From Tubulanus polymorphus (lineage: Eukaryota; Animalia; Nemertea), in assembly GCF_964204645.1 (NCBI RefSeq), contig NC_134029.1:10876850-10940849 (forward strand): DNA of 64,000 nucleotides, written 5' to 3'. A program made the position numbers and the translations under genes. The notes beneath the pieces are model-generated. The model had not been told where the DNA came from, did no database searches, and saw only the letters and a program-made list of their open reading frames with translations. Below, in pieces: positions 47,247-59,690 of this stretch. The stretch's first letter is position 1. Each line of letters begins with the position of its first letter.

Positions 47247-48225
47247 CAGGTCGATTGAAATACTTAGATTTACGTATCTACGTAAATTTACGTACTGTAC
47301 GTGAATTTACGTATTTAGCTATTGAGAAAGTTTGCAAGTTTTCACCGTTATACACACTCTTTGATTTTGATGTTTTATCTCAACTCCATTGCATTTGAAG
47401 TTATTCCTGAGTGATGAGAATTAAGGAAAAAATAAAAGAACATTCAGGGACTAGGCCTTTATATTCCTGCTGCAACTGGCAATTAAAGATCGCTAGATTG
47501 GCATGAGAAATGGTGAAATTATAAGGGTGGCAGCACCAGCTGGCTTAAAGTTGCGGGGAAAACCAGGTTTCAATATCATTTTCAACAACAGAGTGAAGAA
47601 TATCTTCATCTAGGTGTCGTATTGATAAAAAAATATCACTCAATTTTGAGATTTTTCACAGGTTTTCAAATTGACAAAAACAAGTGAAATAGGGCAAGTC
47701 AACTAATCTGAAGATACAATGATAAATGTTGTTTTATACTGGAGTTTTGTTTTTTATTTGTATTTTGAATATTCGCTATAAAATCTGAAGCTTTTTCGTG
47801 AATAAGTACTTCAGGCTATGCATCAAATTAGTGACCATAGTACTCCCATCATGTCTTCAAAAATTTGTAAAGACAAATTCAACGGTAGAAAATCAGCAGA
47901 ACTTGGCCCTCCACCCCTTTAAACACAAACTGTGTTCCCCGACTGCAAGATCTCTTTCGCAGCAGCCTCCAAATATACAACCACTGTCTTACTTCAACCT
48001 GTCACCCCTATTAACACAGTTAAGATAGAAATACCAAACTTTTTCTAAAAGAACTTCAACCATTGGTTAATGTTATGGAGTGAAAGCCAATCAGATGTGC
48101 CGTCTTATACAGGGTGAACCACTGGCCTAAAGTAGGGGGTATAGGTTATGCTTTGACCTACGTAAAATTACGTACATTACGTAAATTTACGTAGATACAT
48201 TAATCTACGTATTTTAATCGACCTG
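47247..48225. mobile_element. MITE with CAGG..CCTG ends and an imperfect 5-bp TSD
   Basis: CAGGTCGATTGAAATAC../..GTATTTTAATCGACCTG; TACGTAAATTTACGTA subterminal repeats; flanks GTGGA/GTAGA. Confidence 0.75.
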
Positions 48226-49150
48226 GTAGATATTTAAAGGCAGGTGATATTTTGTCAATGCGGCATTATTCCTGTAAACGCTTTTTTGCCAATGGCACAT
48301 TCCAATTGGCTAATTGATGCCGCACATGCGCACTGAGGTGCGCGACTTAGAAATTTCAAGGAAAGTGTGGAGAACCCCTCGGCCTACGGGATTTCCGTAT
48401 TTCTTTGCTACGCATTTTAATAGCTAAAGACAGAAGTACGGATGCTTTGTAAAAACTACGGGTTTTCATCTGTCCTTTTCAAAATACGGATTTGTTTTAT
48501 CTTCCTTAATGAAAATACGGCTATAGTATATCATCACATCTGTGAATACGGTTATGAACTTTCTTAAACAGGAGTACGGGTCGTTTACTTCTACTCGTAA
48601 TTTGGGTCAGAGTATTGATTAGCACTGAGTTATGGCAGTGGCGTACACGTGCGTCTTATCTATTTTAAGCCCACTTGGGACTTTAGTCCCAGCGGGCTAT
48701 TGCGTTCACTTTTCGTCCGTCATCCGTCCGTAGACGAAATCCAGTTATTTTGGGAAGTTTTGAAGACGCACCAATGTAATGTCTTGATATCTGGGTTACA
48801 CATGTATCTATCTTAGACATCTGCAGCCAAAATACTGGCCCTGTCAGAATCAAGATGGCCGACTGGCAGCAATTGTTGTTCGCCAAAATCAGCCTATGTC
48901 AACGGTCTGGCCGATCGATAATCATTCGTATGCTCAATACACTACGCTCGAAGCTATTTTTAGCACACTCAAACGCAATTTCACTACTAATGGGCGAATT
49001 GAACGGATTAAGCAAAAATATATTTCGTAATTGGTTTTTCTTTATGGCGGGCAAAGTTGAAAGCCGTGGGTTTCATATTTTTTTGGAACTTTACCAAAAA
49101 GTTTCAAAAATTCGATTTATTTGAGCAGGTTTTTTATGCAGCATCTTTAA

Positions 49151-50363
49151 CCCTTTCAGTGCTGACTCATGGTTCCTATAGCCCCTCAAATCCCTCAAAA
49201 ACCCCTCAAATTCCAAAATCCATTTTTGAGGGTGCAAAATCCCTCAAATTCTGAGTGTTAGCCCTTGGCCCCTCAAAATCCCCTCAAATTCTGAAAATTG
49301 TGTCTCTCAGAGAATTTTGTATCACCTTTTTTTAAGGACCTTTCTTCAAACATTCAATGTAGGCCCTACACCATGAATTGTAGTAAGACAGAGTGAATTA
49401 TGCATTGTGTTGTTTGATGATAATCACAGCAGATCATTGCTGTAATTACTGTGTACACACTAGATTGGAATTTTATACTTCAATTGTCTTGTTGGCCAGA
49501 TTAGTTTAATCTGGCCAACCTGATTATCCTGATTAATTTATCCAGGAGTTTAGGAACAGTTACTTGAAGTTCCTAGTTGAGCTGGACCCAGTTCCACAGT
49601 TGTGAGTTAGAGTAGCTTAACTCTTGAGTTAAAGTTAGTTCATTTTCATTGAGTTAACTCATAGTCAAATCTTAACTCAGAACTGTGGAACTGGACCCTG
49701 AATGTCAAAGTTATTTGAAATCAAATCGAATGCCGAAAGCAAATGTCTGTGACAGAAAGTGTTATGGCAGCTAATCGTGGAATGAAGGCTCTTCAGTCGT
49801 GAGTGGCCTCCTACTGTACATGAGTTTTTTCACTCAAAACAAAGTCAACAGGAAATTGAATTTAGTATTGAATATATTTGAATTGAATAAGTTTATTTTA
49901 TAGGTGCCTAATTGTATTTTGCTTGGTATGGACTGATAAGTATGCCAAGTATTCTACTTGTAGGCCTACTGTTTTATGTATCAATTAGGTTTTGTCATGA
50001 AAAATGACCCTCAAATTTGGTGATTATACCCTCAAAAGCCCCTCAAATACCCCTCAAATTTCATATCGATGGTTCTGTAGGAACCATGTGACTAGTTAAT
50101 ACCCTAAAGTGCTAGAGATGATTGGAATTTAAAAAAAATTCCACCCTAGTGTGTTGAATGATGGGAATACCACTATAGTGCATCTACACCGCGACGCAGT
50201 GTATCATTAGTTACTATTTTTTCACTATGTTTGACAGGTGTTGCCATTATTCAAGAGAGATAATTACTAATCATTAATTACATCAATACACCGCAGTGTG
50301 GTGTTCTAGCAAAATCACTCACTGATTTATACACCGCACTGCATCATAGACGCACTGAAAGGG
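49151..50363. mobile_element. piggyBac-type MITE
   Basis: TTAA|CCCTTTCAGTGC..GCACTGAAAGGG|TTAA. Confidence 0.88.
49168..50088. mobile_element. MITE with 5-bp TSD (hAT5-like) nested in the piggyBac MITE
   Basis: TGACT|CATGGTTCCTATAG..CTGTAGGAACCATG|TGACT; CCCTCAAA subterminal repeats. Confidence 0.8.
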
Positions 50364-52914
50364 TTAACTGGCCAAAATAACACATGTGAAAATTCAATGC
50401 TATTTGGATTGGAAGAACTTTATATTGCCAAGATCTGACGCTTGGTTTGGTAGTTAAAAGCTTTCAAAGACAAAACCCCTCAAAATCTTGATTATATAAA
50501 ATGTGTTGACGCGGTTTTGACTTCCATCATGACGTCATAACATTGAACGAGGTGGATCAGCTGGTGCGCGTTATTTCACTAACAAAATGGCGGCACGATT
50601 GAATAGGTGGACATTCATCAATACTGATATTCAAGGCGTATGATATAACGATTTATTGTGTCGATGTGATCAATTATTCTAGTTTTGATATCCCGTGCAT
50701 AAGGTAAAGTTGCATCTAGATATCTGAAGAAAATGTGGTTTTAAAATGCAGAAATTTACTTCCGTGTTCGCCACACGGCTGATTTACTGATAGCATCGAA
50801 TTTTTAGAGATGAGTCATTAACGTTCGCATTAGCAATCCGTTTTTAGAGCCTGATTATTTGTATTAATTTATAGGCTAGAGTACGCGCGCCACGGTGTAG
50901 GTTCAGCGTAACAACGATTTGTCTGAGTAAAGATGTAAGCTAATTAAAGCAATCCTATCGTGAAATTATTAAAAATCATGTCAATCGATAAACTTTGTTT
51001 TGCCAGTAACCGCCACTGGCCTCAAATTTGAAGAACTTGGGAGCTTCTGTCCTGATTGGTCCGTATGATAAAAATGAAAAACCTCCGATGAAACCCAGGC
51101 TCTCACCAAGTTTGAACCATATCTTATCGGGTCACTCATAGTTTTAGTTGTTTTAAGTCATTCAAGGGATGTATTAAAATTATGATCATTTGTTCAGACA
51201 AAAGGCCCATAATCAATTTTTCGAAGATTTCATTCTCAGCAAAAGTCAGTTATTAAAAGTTCTCACTAACCAAAATTGAGTCCTTTTTAGCTCACTTGGG
51301 ACTTTAGTCCCTGCGGGCTATTGCGTTCACTTTTCGTCCGTAGACGGAATCCAGCTATTTTGGGAAGTTTTGAAGAGGCTTCAATGTAATGTCTTGATAT
51401 TTGTGTTACACATGTATATACCCTAGCCCAAAAACTGGCCCTGTCAGAATCACGATGGCTGACTGGCAGCCATTGTTGTTCGCCAAAATCAGCAATTTTT
51501 ACACATTTTTGAACTTTTAGAGGGAAATTTTGAAGACGCTTCGATCAATTACCTGGATCTTTCGTACATATTTGAATCCCCAAGGGCCCATCAGCATAAG
51601 AAATATTGGGTCGATCGGACTCAAGATGGCCGTCCTATGACCATTTTAGTGCCCAAAAATGTCAATTTAGCCCGAATTCTGAGTCCTGTAGCTTCCAACT
51701 GGTTTGCCATTTCTCAATGCAATTTGTGATGGGTATTCTTTGGAAAGAGAAATTTTATACCTGAGACATGTATTTTTGACCAGCCAATTATGGCGCAATT
51801 GGCAGCCATCTCGGTGTCATCAGTACTCATTCGAAGGTGGGAAAAAGTTTTCCATATTATATTGATACCTAATGCAGCTATCATTATCAGTTATGTCTGA
51901 CCCCCCCTAGTTCAGCACATCACCATCTATTAGACATTTCCAATGATGTCATTCGTCTAGGATTCGACCAATATTCGCCTCAGAAGAAGAATACATAAGT
52001 CAAGAATTCACCCTACTCCAGAATGAAGAATGTCAGAGCTTCGCCTGGTATTCACCTCATACATATTTCCTGTAGTCAGACATTCACCTTTCGAAAAACC
52101 GTGAACAAAAAATAGTTTTTGACCAAGGTCCGAAACTAAGCATTTTCAAGATACTAAATTTTCTACAAATTATCAGTAAACTTTATTTAACTAACAAGGC
52201 CTAAGCCTATTGCAATGCAATATACATTTGTTAAAATAATTGGTGTTATTTGGTTTCCATTTTATAAAAAATAAAGTGCTCAAATAGTTGAGCTTCAAAA
52301 ATAACCAAGTTATTACTATTAATGCAAAATGTGTATGGAAACATTAATAATGTATTTATGTTCCTGGGAGTCATTTTCCTACTTCATCTTAAGTACTTGA
52401 AATGATTATTGTTCAATTCAACAAATCGGAATGACTTCGGAATCCCTCTCATCGAAAATATTAAATATTGAAATAACAACATGGTGACCATGTTGTACTT
52501 ATTTCAATATTTGACCAGGTCAGTCTTGGAGGTAGGTATTATTGACACATGCCCCATGTGGAATTACCCGACCGTCATATTGATATTACAAAAAATCAGT
52601 AATTAAGTATTACCTCAAGTGGCCACTGAGGTAGGTAAAAAAGAACTACTTATATAAACCTCGGAAAAATAACAACAAAACTTAATAAACATCAGAAGAA
52701 TTACAACAAAGTTAAAATACTGTTACCCAGGGGCCAGTTTCGTGTAGATGGAATAAGTACCTGACTTTTAAATTGATCATAATTCAGATATCATTAGGGC
52801 AATCAGAGATCGACCTGTTCATATTGTACCTGGAGTTCGGTCTTGATGGTCTAACCATAAAATGTTCCATATAATTAATTAACCAGGAGTGTATTTATGT
52901 ATATGAAACTGGCT

Positions 52915-53170
52915 CCAGGTATATACAAATTTCCAAAGAGCCATGTAAAACGCTCTACATTATTAATTAAAACAAAATGTCGGTGCCACTCATTTCTATC
53001 ATCGATCTTCTAGATCAGTATCTGATCAGTGGCTGCTAATACCAGGTATATACAAATTTCCAAAGAGCCATGTTAAACACTCTACATTATTAATTAAAAC
53101 AAAATGTCGGTGCCACTCTTTTCTGTCATTGATCTTCTAGATCAGTATCTGATCACTGGATCAGTGGCTG
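52915..53170. repeat. ~127-bp tandem duplication
   Basis: CCAGGTATATACAAATTTCCAAAGAGCCATG..GATCAGTGGCTG twice. Confidence 0.9.
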
Positions 53171-53242
53171 ACCTACAAAAAAAGGACACAATTTGATGTA
53201 ATACATGTACATAGAACAATACTTGTTAAAGTATGTATTCAA

Positions 53243-53386
53243 TAGACAATTTCAGAAAGTCGCAATCCTTGCGGCAGGTGCACGTACATGGTGGATAATC
53301 ACTATGAATCGAATTCTTTTGGCTTTGTGATTATCCACCATGTACGTGCACCTGCCGCAAGGATTGCGACTTTCTGAAATTGTCTA
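53243..53386. repeat. Perfect 60-bp-arm inverted repeat (mini-MITE, TAG..CTA ends)
   Basis: 53243-53302 is the exact reverse complement of 53327-53386; 24-nt loop. Confidence 0.92.
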
Positions 53387-53457
53387 ATAGTCCCTATATC
53401 AAATCCTCCTCTGTAGATTTTTGTGTCAGCTTGATGCAACTCATAACACAGAAAATG

Positions 53458-56400
53458 TCAATGAAGAACCTTTTTTATGTAATCAACACTGGCATTTTCC
53501 TCCTCCAGCCTTTTTTTCTGTCTTGTGGCAGCAGCTTTTTGGCCACCCATAACTCTTGCTTTATGAACTGCAGCAAGGTGATTGTAGTAATAGTTCACAC
53601 GATCAATAGAAAGACAAAGCTGCGTCGAAAGAACTTTCACTTCAGATTCTGTAAGCGGAGGAACCATGCCAGCTTTAGCCATTTCAGAACCTTTTTTTAC
53701 TTCTAACTTCTTCTTGGAGAATTCTTCAGCAATAAGTTTCGAAGGTAGACAATTTCCAGGGTCAAGGATTCGTGACTTCGAAAGTTCCAGAAGATCAAGA
53801 TATGATTTAAAGTGCCCATCACAATTATCACATTCACATTTTCTCTCTGGATCAGCGTATGGCCATGGAATAAAAGTGAGAAGTGGGCCATTTGGGAACC
53901 AGACCATTTCTTCATTCCTCCTGTTCCGTTCTTGGCAAATTGGGTGTGGACATCCATCTTTGAAACAACACACTAATCCGTAGACATACTTAACTGTATC
54001 AATCTGATGATTAGATATCACACTCAATATCATGTCAAAATATTGCAACTGTTGGAATTTTTCTGGTTCTGCTGAATATTGGTACTTTATATCACTTCGT
54101 TTCTTCTCATTGGCTTTCAGATAAGACAGCAACAATTCTCTCCTATCTACATAATCTGGTCTTTCACCATGTTTGAATAGTTTAATTGTGTTATTGTTAA
54201 ACTTTGTTCCATTTACTCTGGATAGGTAAACATCCACAGCAGCATTTAGATTATTTGCAACCAATGTTTCATCTATAACACCAGCATTTTTATTAGGACC
54301 CAATAGGGTCGATGGGATAAACAAGTTTGCGTGAGCTCGCTTGAGCTGCCCATTTAAATGTTCGACAATATTTAAGAAGCTCCCGCCAGCAAACCGTGTC
54401 GTTACGAAGGTGGCTAGTTTCCTTTGCTCATAGTGCCATTCTCCCCACATGAATTTCTGTTCTACATGGTCGGGATTTTCATCCCCCGCCCCATCTACTC
54501 TGATGGCATCAATTTCTTTCACATGACCATCTTCTCGATAGAAAACATGTTTCAGTTGTGGAACATTTGACAACATACGTAGATCCGCTGCATGTTGACT
54601 AGGTGTCTTAGGAACTAATTTGGTTGGTTTCACTATCCCAGCATAGTCCTCTATAGTAGTTGGACTACCGGTGAAATGATACGAAGTGACCTGTAGTATT
54701 GACTGTTCAGAATTTGTGAAGTCGGTACGCGTGGCCAGGTCCTCTTCACCTCGCACCATAAGCGATTTAAAATGATTTGATGTTGCTAGCGTATTTAATC
54801 GGAAGCCAGCAGCATCATCTCTGTTAATTAGAAGAATGTTCTTGTTGTCAGTTGAGTGTAATTTATCAAGACCTTTATACAAGGCCGACGACCAATGGTC
54901 ATCTACATTAATTTTGATGTCAAAGCCCTTCCTCGCACGTTTAGACACAATGTTTGCAACACCACGGTACCTTGAACTTGATTTTCTCCGTTTGTTAGGT
55001 GGAACACATAATTCAAATACTGTGCCATAACTGATTTTTTTTCCAATTCTTTTTGACAGTTCATCTCGCAACCTTTCCATAGTCATTTTTTGGCCGACCT
55101 TTTTGCGCTCCCATGTCAAACTAGACGAGGACCGCCACTTATCGGCCCCCACACCCGCATTTCTCACAATGTCCTCCATGACTTTCCCAATGTCTGGATG
55201 GCTCTGTAGTAAAGTTTTAGTAGATTTAGTGACTTTTCGTTGTAATAATCGTTCCTCTGCCATTTGCTTAGCAATTAATACCTTCTTTTGTCGTTGTAAA
55301 TGCTGTCTCTTTTCTTTAATTAACTGAATAAACTTAGGATCTGTAACAGATTTTAAATTCACTAGTCTCTCAGCAGTATCACAATCATCATCGTCATCAC
55401 TATCAATCTCCAATGGTTCAGTGTCATCAGGAGTATTTTCACATGGCAGAAGATTACTCAATTCGTCTTCATCAATCTCTTCCTCATCTAAATCATCTGC
55501 TTCATTGTCAACATAATGATCATACAACCCCAGCTTTTCTAGCATAGCTTTATCCTTCGATTGCACCAGATCTGTATATACACTATGAATTACTTGTATC
55601 CGTGATAGAGCTTCCTCTACATCATCACGTAATTTCCTATAGTTAGATCCATAAGCTGCCTTACACTTTTTACCAGATAGACAATCTGTTGCAGCAAATG
55701 TGACCAGTCGTTTGTCCTTCTCAGTAGAACACAACGATTTCAGCAACTTTAGACGATCTTTGCTAATATAATTGTAACCAAACTCTGATTCAGAGAAAAG
55801 TCCAAACTTGACACCTATATTAAAAGCTGAACCATAATCGACACCACTCAATTTCTGTGAAATATACAGCTGAGTTCCACCACACCGTAGTGTTCCTTTC
55901 AGGTTTCTACCCATTAACACGGCAACAACAGGCATTTGGAAAACTTTTCTTAAGACATTGGGCTTACAATACTTGTGTGATGCAGGGAAACAAGAATCAT
56001 GTATCTGTCGAAGAGAGACTGGTTCATTCTCCAAGACATATCTGGCTATCGAAGCATCAAGCTGACATGAACAGTTATCTGTATCAGTATGACGGCAGTT
56101 CTCTTGAATGATTTTAAAATCGGCAAGAGTGAGGTTTGAATAATGAGACACTTTTACATGGTCATTCACTTTCAAGAAGAAAACCTTTTTACTATCAACT
56201 ACCATTTTCTCGGAAATAAACAACCTATAAGTATCTGAAAAATACCTGTTATTATCTGGTACTGATTGAATACTATCTTTAATACTACTCGTAACATCAC
56301 TGATCTCATTACCAACATCTGAACTCATTTCAGTATTATCTTGTTCATCATTAGAGGGGATGACAGTGTCTGAATTGTGAGATACAGATTCATTCACTTC

Positions 56401-56925
56401 TTCAGTATAAATACTCTTATCTTCATCGGTGGGCTTAGTAACAACATTAGTTGATGGAACAGTCTTATATGAACTAATTGTGGCATTAACTTGTTCATCA
56501 TCAGAAAGGATGACAGTGTCTGCATCGGAAATCACTTCTTCTGTAGCACTACTAAATGTATCGGTTGAGTAAGTAACAGTAGCTGATGGAGAAGTCTTTA
56601 TACTTTGTGATGCATGATAACGAGAGTCCCTTCCAGATTTATTTTCCTTTCGATTTAAATCTTCTTTTTCAATTTTGAGCCCTTTTTTTTCAGCATACAG
56701 ATTATCTAATTGGGTTTGAAGTGCATCAGCCTCTTCCGTTAAATTCAATAAAGTTTTGGTGCGTATCTGAATGAGCAGAATGCCGGTTTTAGATTCGATT
56801 GACAATAACCTATCATTTATATCAGCGATCCTTTGTTGACGACACTTTTTCGACAGCTTCGGTTTTGGACCAGAATCAGCGTTGGCATGTCTGCGTTTTC
56901 TCTTAAAAGGGTACACTTTATTAAC
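53458..56925 (-). CDS. Zator-like DDE transposase, exon 5 (catalytic core, Cys clusters, C-terminal homeodomain-like helices)
   Basis: INRDDAAG, QHAADL, VKEIDAIRVDGAGDENP, GGSFLNIVEHLNG correspond to Zator QDD / VDGGPDENP / SAFNRVE; acceptor ttttcag|GTT at 56925. Confidence 0.85.
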   Translation of the reverse strand, partial: VNKVYPFKRKRRHANADSGPKPKLSKKCRQQRIADINDRLLSIESKTGILLIQIRTKTLLNLTEEADALQTQLDNLYAEKKGLKIEKEDLNRKENKSGRDSRYHASQSIKTSPSATVTYSTDTFSSATEEVISDADTVILSDDEQVNATISSYKTVPSTNVVTKPTDEDKSIYTEEVNESVSHNSDTVIPSNDEQDNTEMSSDVGNEISDVTSSIKDSIQSVPDNNRYFSDTYRLFISEKMVVDSKKVFFLKVNDHVKVSHYSNLTLADFKIIQENCRHTDTDNCSCQLDASIARYVLENEPVSLRQIHDSCFPASHKYCKPNVLRKVFQMPVVAVLMGRNLKGTLRCGGTQLYISQKLSGVDYGSAFNIGVKFGLFSESEFGYNYISKDRLKLLKSLCSTEKDKRLVTFAATDCLSGKKCKAAYGSNYRKLRDDVEEALSRIQVIHSVYTDLVQSKDKAMLEKLGLYDHYVDNEADDLDEEEIDEDELSNLLPCENTPDDTEPLEIDSDDDDDCDTAERLVNLKSVTDPKFIQLIKEKRQHLQRQKKVLIAKQMAEERLLQRKVTKSTKTLLQSHPDIGKVMEDIVRNAGVGADKWRSSSSLTWERKKVGQKMTMERLRDELSKRIGKKISYGTVFELCVPPNKRRKSSSRYRGVANIVSKRARKGFDIKINVDDHWSSALYKGLDKLHSTDNKNILLINRDDAAGFRLNTLATSNHFKSLMVRGEEDLATRTDFTNSEQSILQVTSYHFTGSPTTIEDYAGIVKPTKLVPKTPSQHAADLRMLSNVPQLKHVFYREDGHVKEIDAIRVDGAGDENPDHVEQKFMWGEWHYEQRKLATFVTTRFAGGSFLNIVEHLNGQLKRAHANLFIPSTLLGPNKNAGVIDETLVANNLNAAVDVYLSRVNGTKFNNNTIKLFKHGERPDYVDRRELLLSYLKANEKKRSDIKYQYSAEPEKFQQLQYFDMILSVISNHQIDTVKYVYGLVCCFKDGCPHPICQERNRRNEEMVWFPNGPLLTFIPWPYADPERKCECDNCDGHFKSYLDLLELSKSRILDPGNCLPSKLIAEEFSKKKLEVKKGSEMAKAGMVPPLTESEVKVLSTQLCLSIDRVNYYYNHLAAVHKARVMGGQKAAATRQKKRLEEENASVDYIKKVLH

Positions 56926-57437
56926 CTGAAAAGAAATATAACAAATCTCTATGGATAAAGCTCTGGTGGGAAAATTTAAGTATTTTTGGGGAATTAGCAA
57001 TTGTCCTGTAAATTCATGTAAACAGGATTCCTCTTTGTACTACCATACACCCACCATAAAGATTTCATGAAATTATGTCCATCAGTGTTATGGCATAAAA
57101 TACATAAAAGCCAACACAAACTGTCAGCCACCTCCCAGATTTAATATACACCTACCATCAAAAAATTCAATGAAATTACCTCAATTGGTTTTTATAAAGT
57201 TATGTCATAAGATAATAAAACCTAAAATAATCATGGCCACCTGTCGGCCATCTTGAACTGGGAACTTCAGTCACAGCAGAGCTAATCAGTAAACAAACAA
57301 ATATGTTGTAGAAATCCATTCGTATGTAAAATGTATTGGCAGATAGCGAGGGTGGCGGATAATGTAGCGTAGACTTTCAAAAATACCTGTAATCAAAAAC
57401 TTTTTAAAATCATTGGTTTTCAAATTTATACATGTAC

Positions 57438-57655
57438 CTCAAGTCTTGCATTTTTCAGAAGCGTTCCTCTATTGCCTTTATTTAACAGCTCCGGTGTTTT
57501 TAAAACAAGCTTATAGCATGTTTTATTTATTTCCTTGTTGTAATTAGCATTTTTCCCATGCTCTGCCAGAATCTTTGTCTGTCGCTGAATATGAGCTTTA
57601 TGTTTTTCTGTATCCATTGTGCCAAAATCAACTAAAGTTTTCTGAACTGTAATTT
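57438..57655 (-). CDS. Transposase exon 4
   Basis: ttcacag|AA..CTTGAG|gtacat; 218 nt, phase 1 to 0, open. Confidence 0.8.
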
Positions 57656-57998
57656 CTGTGAAAAAATTACACAACTTCATTAGACTATAAAAGAAACAAT
57701 GACAGTCCTCTATATCTGAGCTTTTAAAATGATAGTAAAGTAATATAAAAAATATCAAGTGAAATCCAATATTACTGGGGTAGCAATATTGCCAGGATAC
57801 GGCAAGTACGGTAAGTTATGTTTAAGTAAGAGAGTCACACTTGAGTTCAATGCAGACACAAGTTTGAACCCAGCCTTGAAAGGCTATCACAGTGGGACAT
57901 CTATCACTATTGTAGTTCTTAAAAGCAGAAAATATATTTAGGAAAGGGTTAACTATGTCTTGCAGCTGAAGGGTGAAGTCATAAGAAATAATAGTTAC

Positions 57999-58169
57999 CT
58001 CTGACAGCTGCAATATCAGGTTCACTCTCGATCGATTCTATTTCGCTGACATCGGGACTAGCTTTCAAATACACAACAGTGAAGTTTTCAAGAAAGTCAT
58101 AGTATTCAGCAGTTATTTCTGTGTGGTCTTCTGTGTACAGGACACCTTCACAGTTCAATTTTTCACAAA
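57999..58169 (-). CDS. Transposase exon 3 (second half of CIDE-N domain)
   Basis: ttttag|TTTGTGAA..AGAG|gtaact; 171 nt, phase 1 to 1; CEKLNCEGVLYTEDHTEITAEYYDFLENFTVVYLK. Confidence 0.8.
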
Positions 58170-58868
58170 CTAAAATACAAATACCATTTTACAAACTAGG
58201 AGTGCTTCGTGCACCTAGGCAAATTAATTTCGTCATACAGGGCTTGAAATTAGCAGCATCTTGATATCCAAAGGATAGGCCTACTAGGTCACTTGTAACT
58301 TTACCCTGATGACACACAGTGGTGTGTCGAAACGTCGGAAATAAAATTGTTAAAAAAACTTGAGGGTTTTCTACATGATAGGCCTACTAGGCCTAGATCT
58401 TTGATGTCTATGTATCCAAATGGGTTTCCAAAATTTTCAGTAAACCTCTGAACTTGGGGTAGGCCTACCATGATTTGGATATCGGATACGAGATTTTGGT
58501 TGAGTAGTATCCAATGTGGATCGATGATGTATGAAATTTCAAAAATTTCAAGCCCTACCAGTACGTAGTATCAAAGAGTGGTTTTAACTTATATCCTACG
58601 TAGTATCATTTTATAGGAAGATAGACATTTGATTTATATTCATTTTTGTGAACTTATGTCCCAATTGCAGCATTACCATAAAAACAATATTGTACAAAAG
58701 CTTTACAATTAATTAAATAAAGATTGATTTCTATTCATTTGAAAAGAAATACCCTTGCTGCTAAAGAAATGCTAAGAATTTATAAACTAATCGTGAGATC
58801 AGGAAAGGTGAATTTTACCTTTATAGGCCTCATTGACCTTACACGAATCAAGACTTAAATAGACTCAC

Positions 58869-58954
58869 CTTTCTGTAATAAATCCTCATACGATGTTGCT
58901 ATTATTGGAACTTTTTCTTGGGTTCCTTTGCCCACGAGTAATTTAAAGGGTCGA
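58869..58954 (-). CDS. Transposase exon 2 (first half of CIDE-N domain)
   Basis: ttttcag|TCGACCC..GAAAG|gtgagt; 86 nt, phase 2 to 1; RPFKLLVGKGTQEKVPIIATSYEDLLQK. Confidence 0.8.
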
Positions 58955-59673
58955 CTGAAAATAAAAAATTATAATAGGCCTATTAATTTTATCAAGAAGA
59001 GCAAGGGCACGCTTCGTAAAGGATAGGTTACTGGTTAGCCTGATCACTTCTAATGAAGTTTCACAATAATGGGAACTAGGTCACATATCGCGAAAGAAGT
59101 AAAACATTTTAAAATTTGACAGATCATGATGAGGTGGTGCTTTCTGTAGGCAGTGTCCCTTGGATTGAAAAGACACTGATAGACAACAGTTTGAGTTTTC
59201 TTCACGGCATCCACATTAATTGTAATGAATAGCAGAATACGTGATTGTGAGTGAAGAAGGTCTCACTGACTTCTTTCCATACATACACTACAAAATACAA
59301 GTTGTATATTGTAGGCCTAGAGTACAAGTCCAAGACCAAGAGCAGCCTGGCGCCTAGGATTAGGAGGGGGTGAATTTTTAGTAATAATATAACGGCAATG
59401 GAATAAATAATAATGGTGTTCAGATGACAGGCTTTGTTGTGGAAGCATGGAATAGCCATATAAGCAGATTAGGCCTGGCCCTACAGAATTGAATTTCAAT
59501 CAATTTTTTGTGAGCGTTTTTACTCAGACTAACCTAGGCTGAAATTTTACGTTCTAGCTAGATACAACTCCAACAAGCCAAGGAAGTGATTGATGGCATA
59601 GTTAGTATAGATTGTCATATAGATACTAGATAGGGGCCTGCTGAGACGATAAGATAAACTGATTGATAAATAC

Positions 59674-59690
59674 CTTGGCATTTTTTCCAT
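59674..59690 (-). CDS. Transposase exon 1 (MEKMP)
   Basis: ATGGAAAAAATGCCAAG|gtattt; phase 2 matches exon 2; ~585 bp inside the TIR. Confidence 0.6.

Noticed and set aside
56926-57000. N-terminal 25 aa of the 1180-aa ORF
   Set aside because: Starts at a non-ATG codon and ends in a polypyrimidine-CAG acceptor; it is intron sequence
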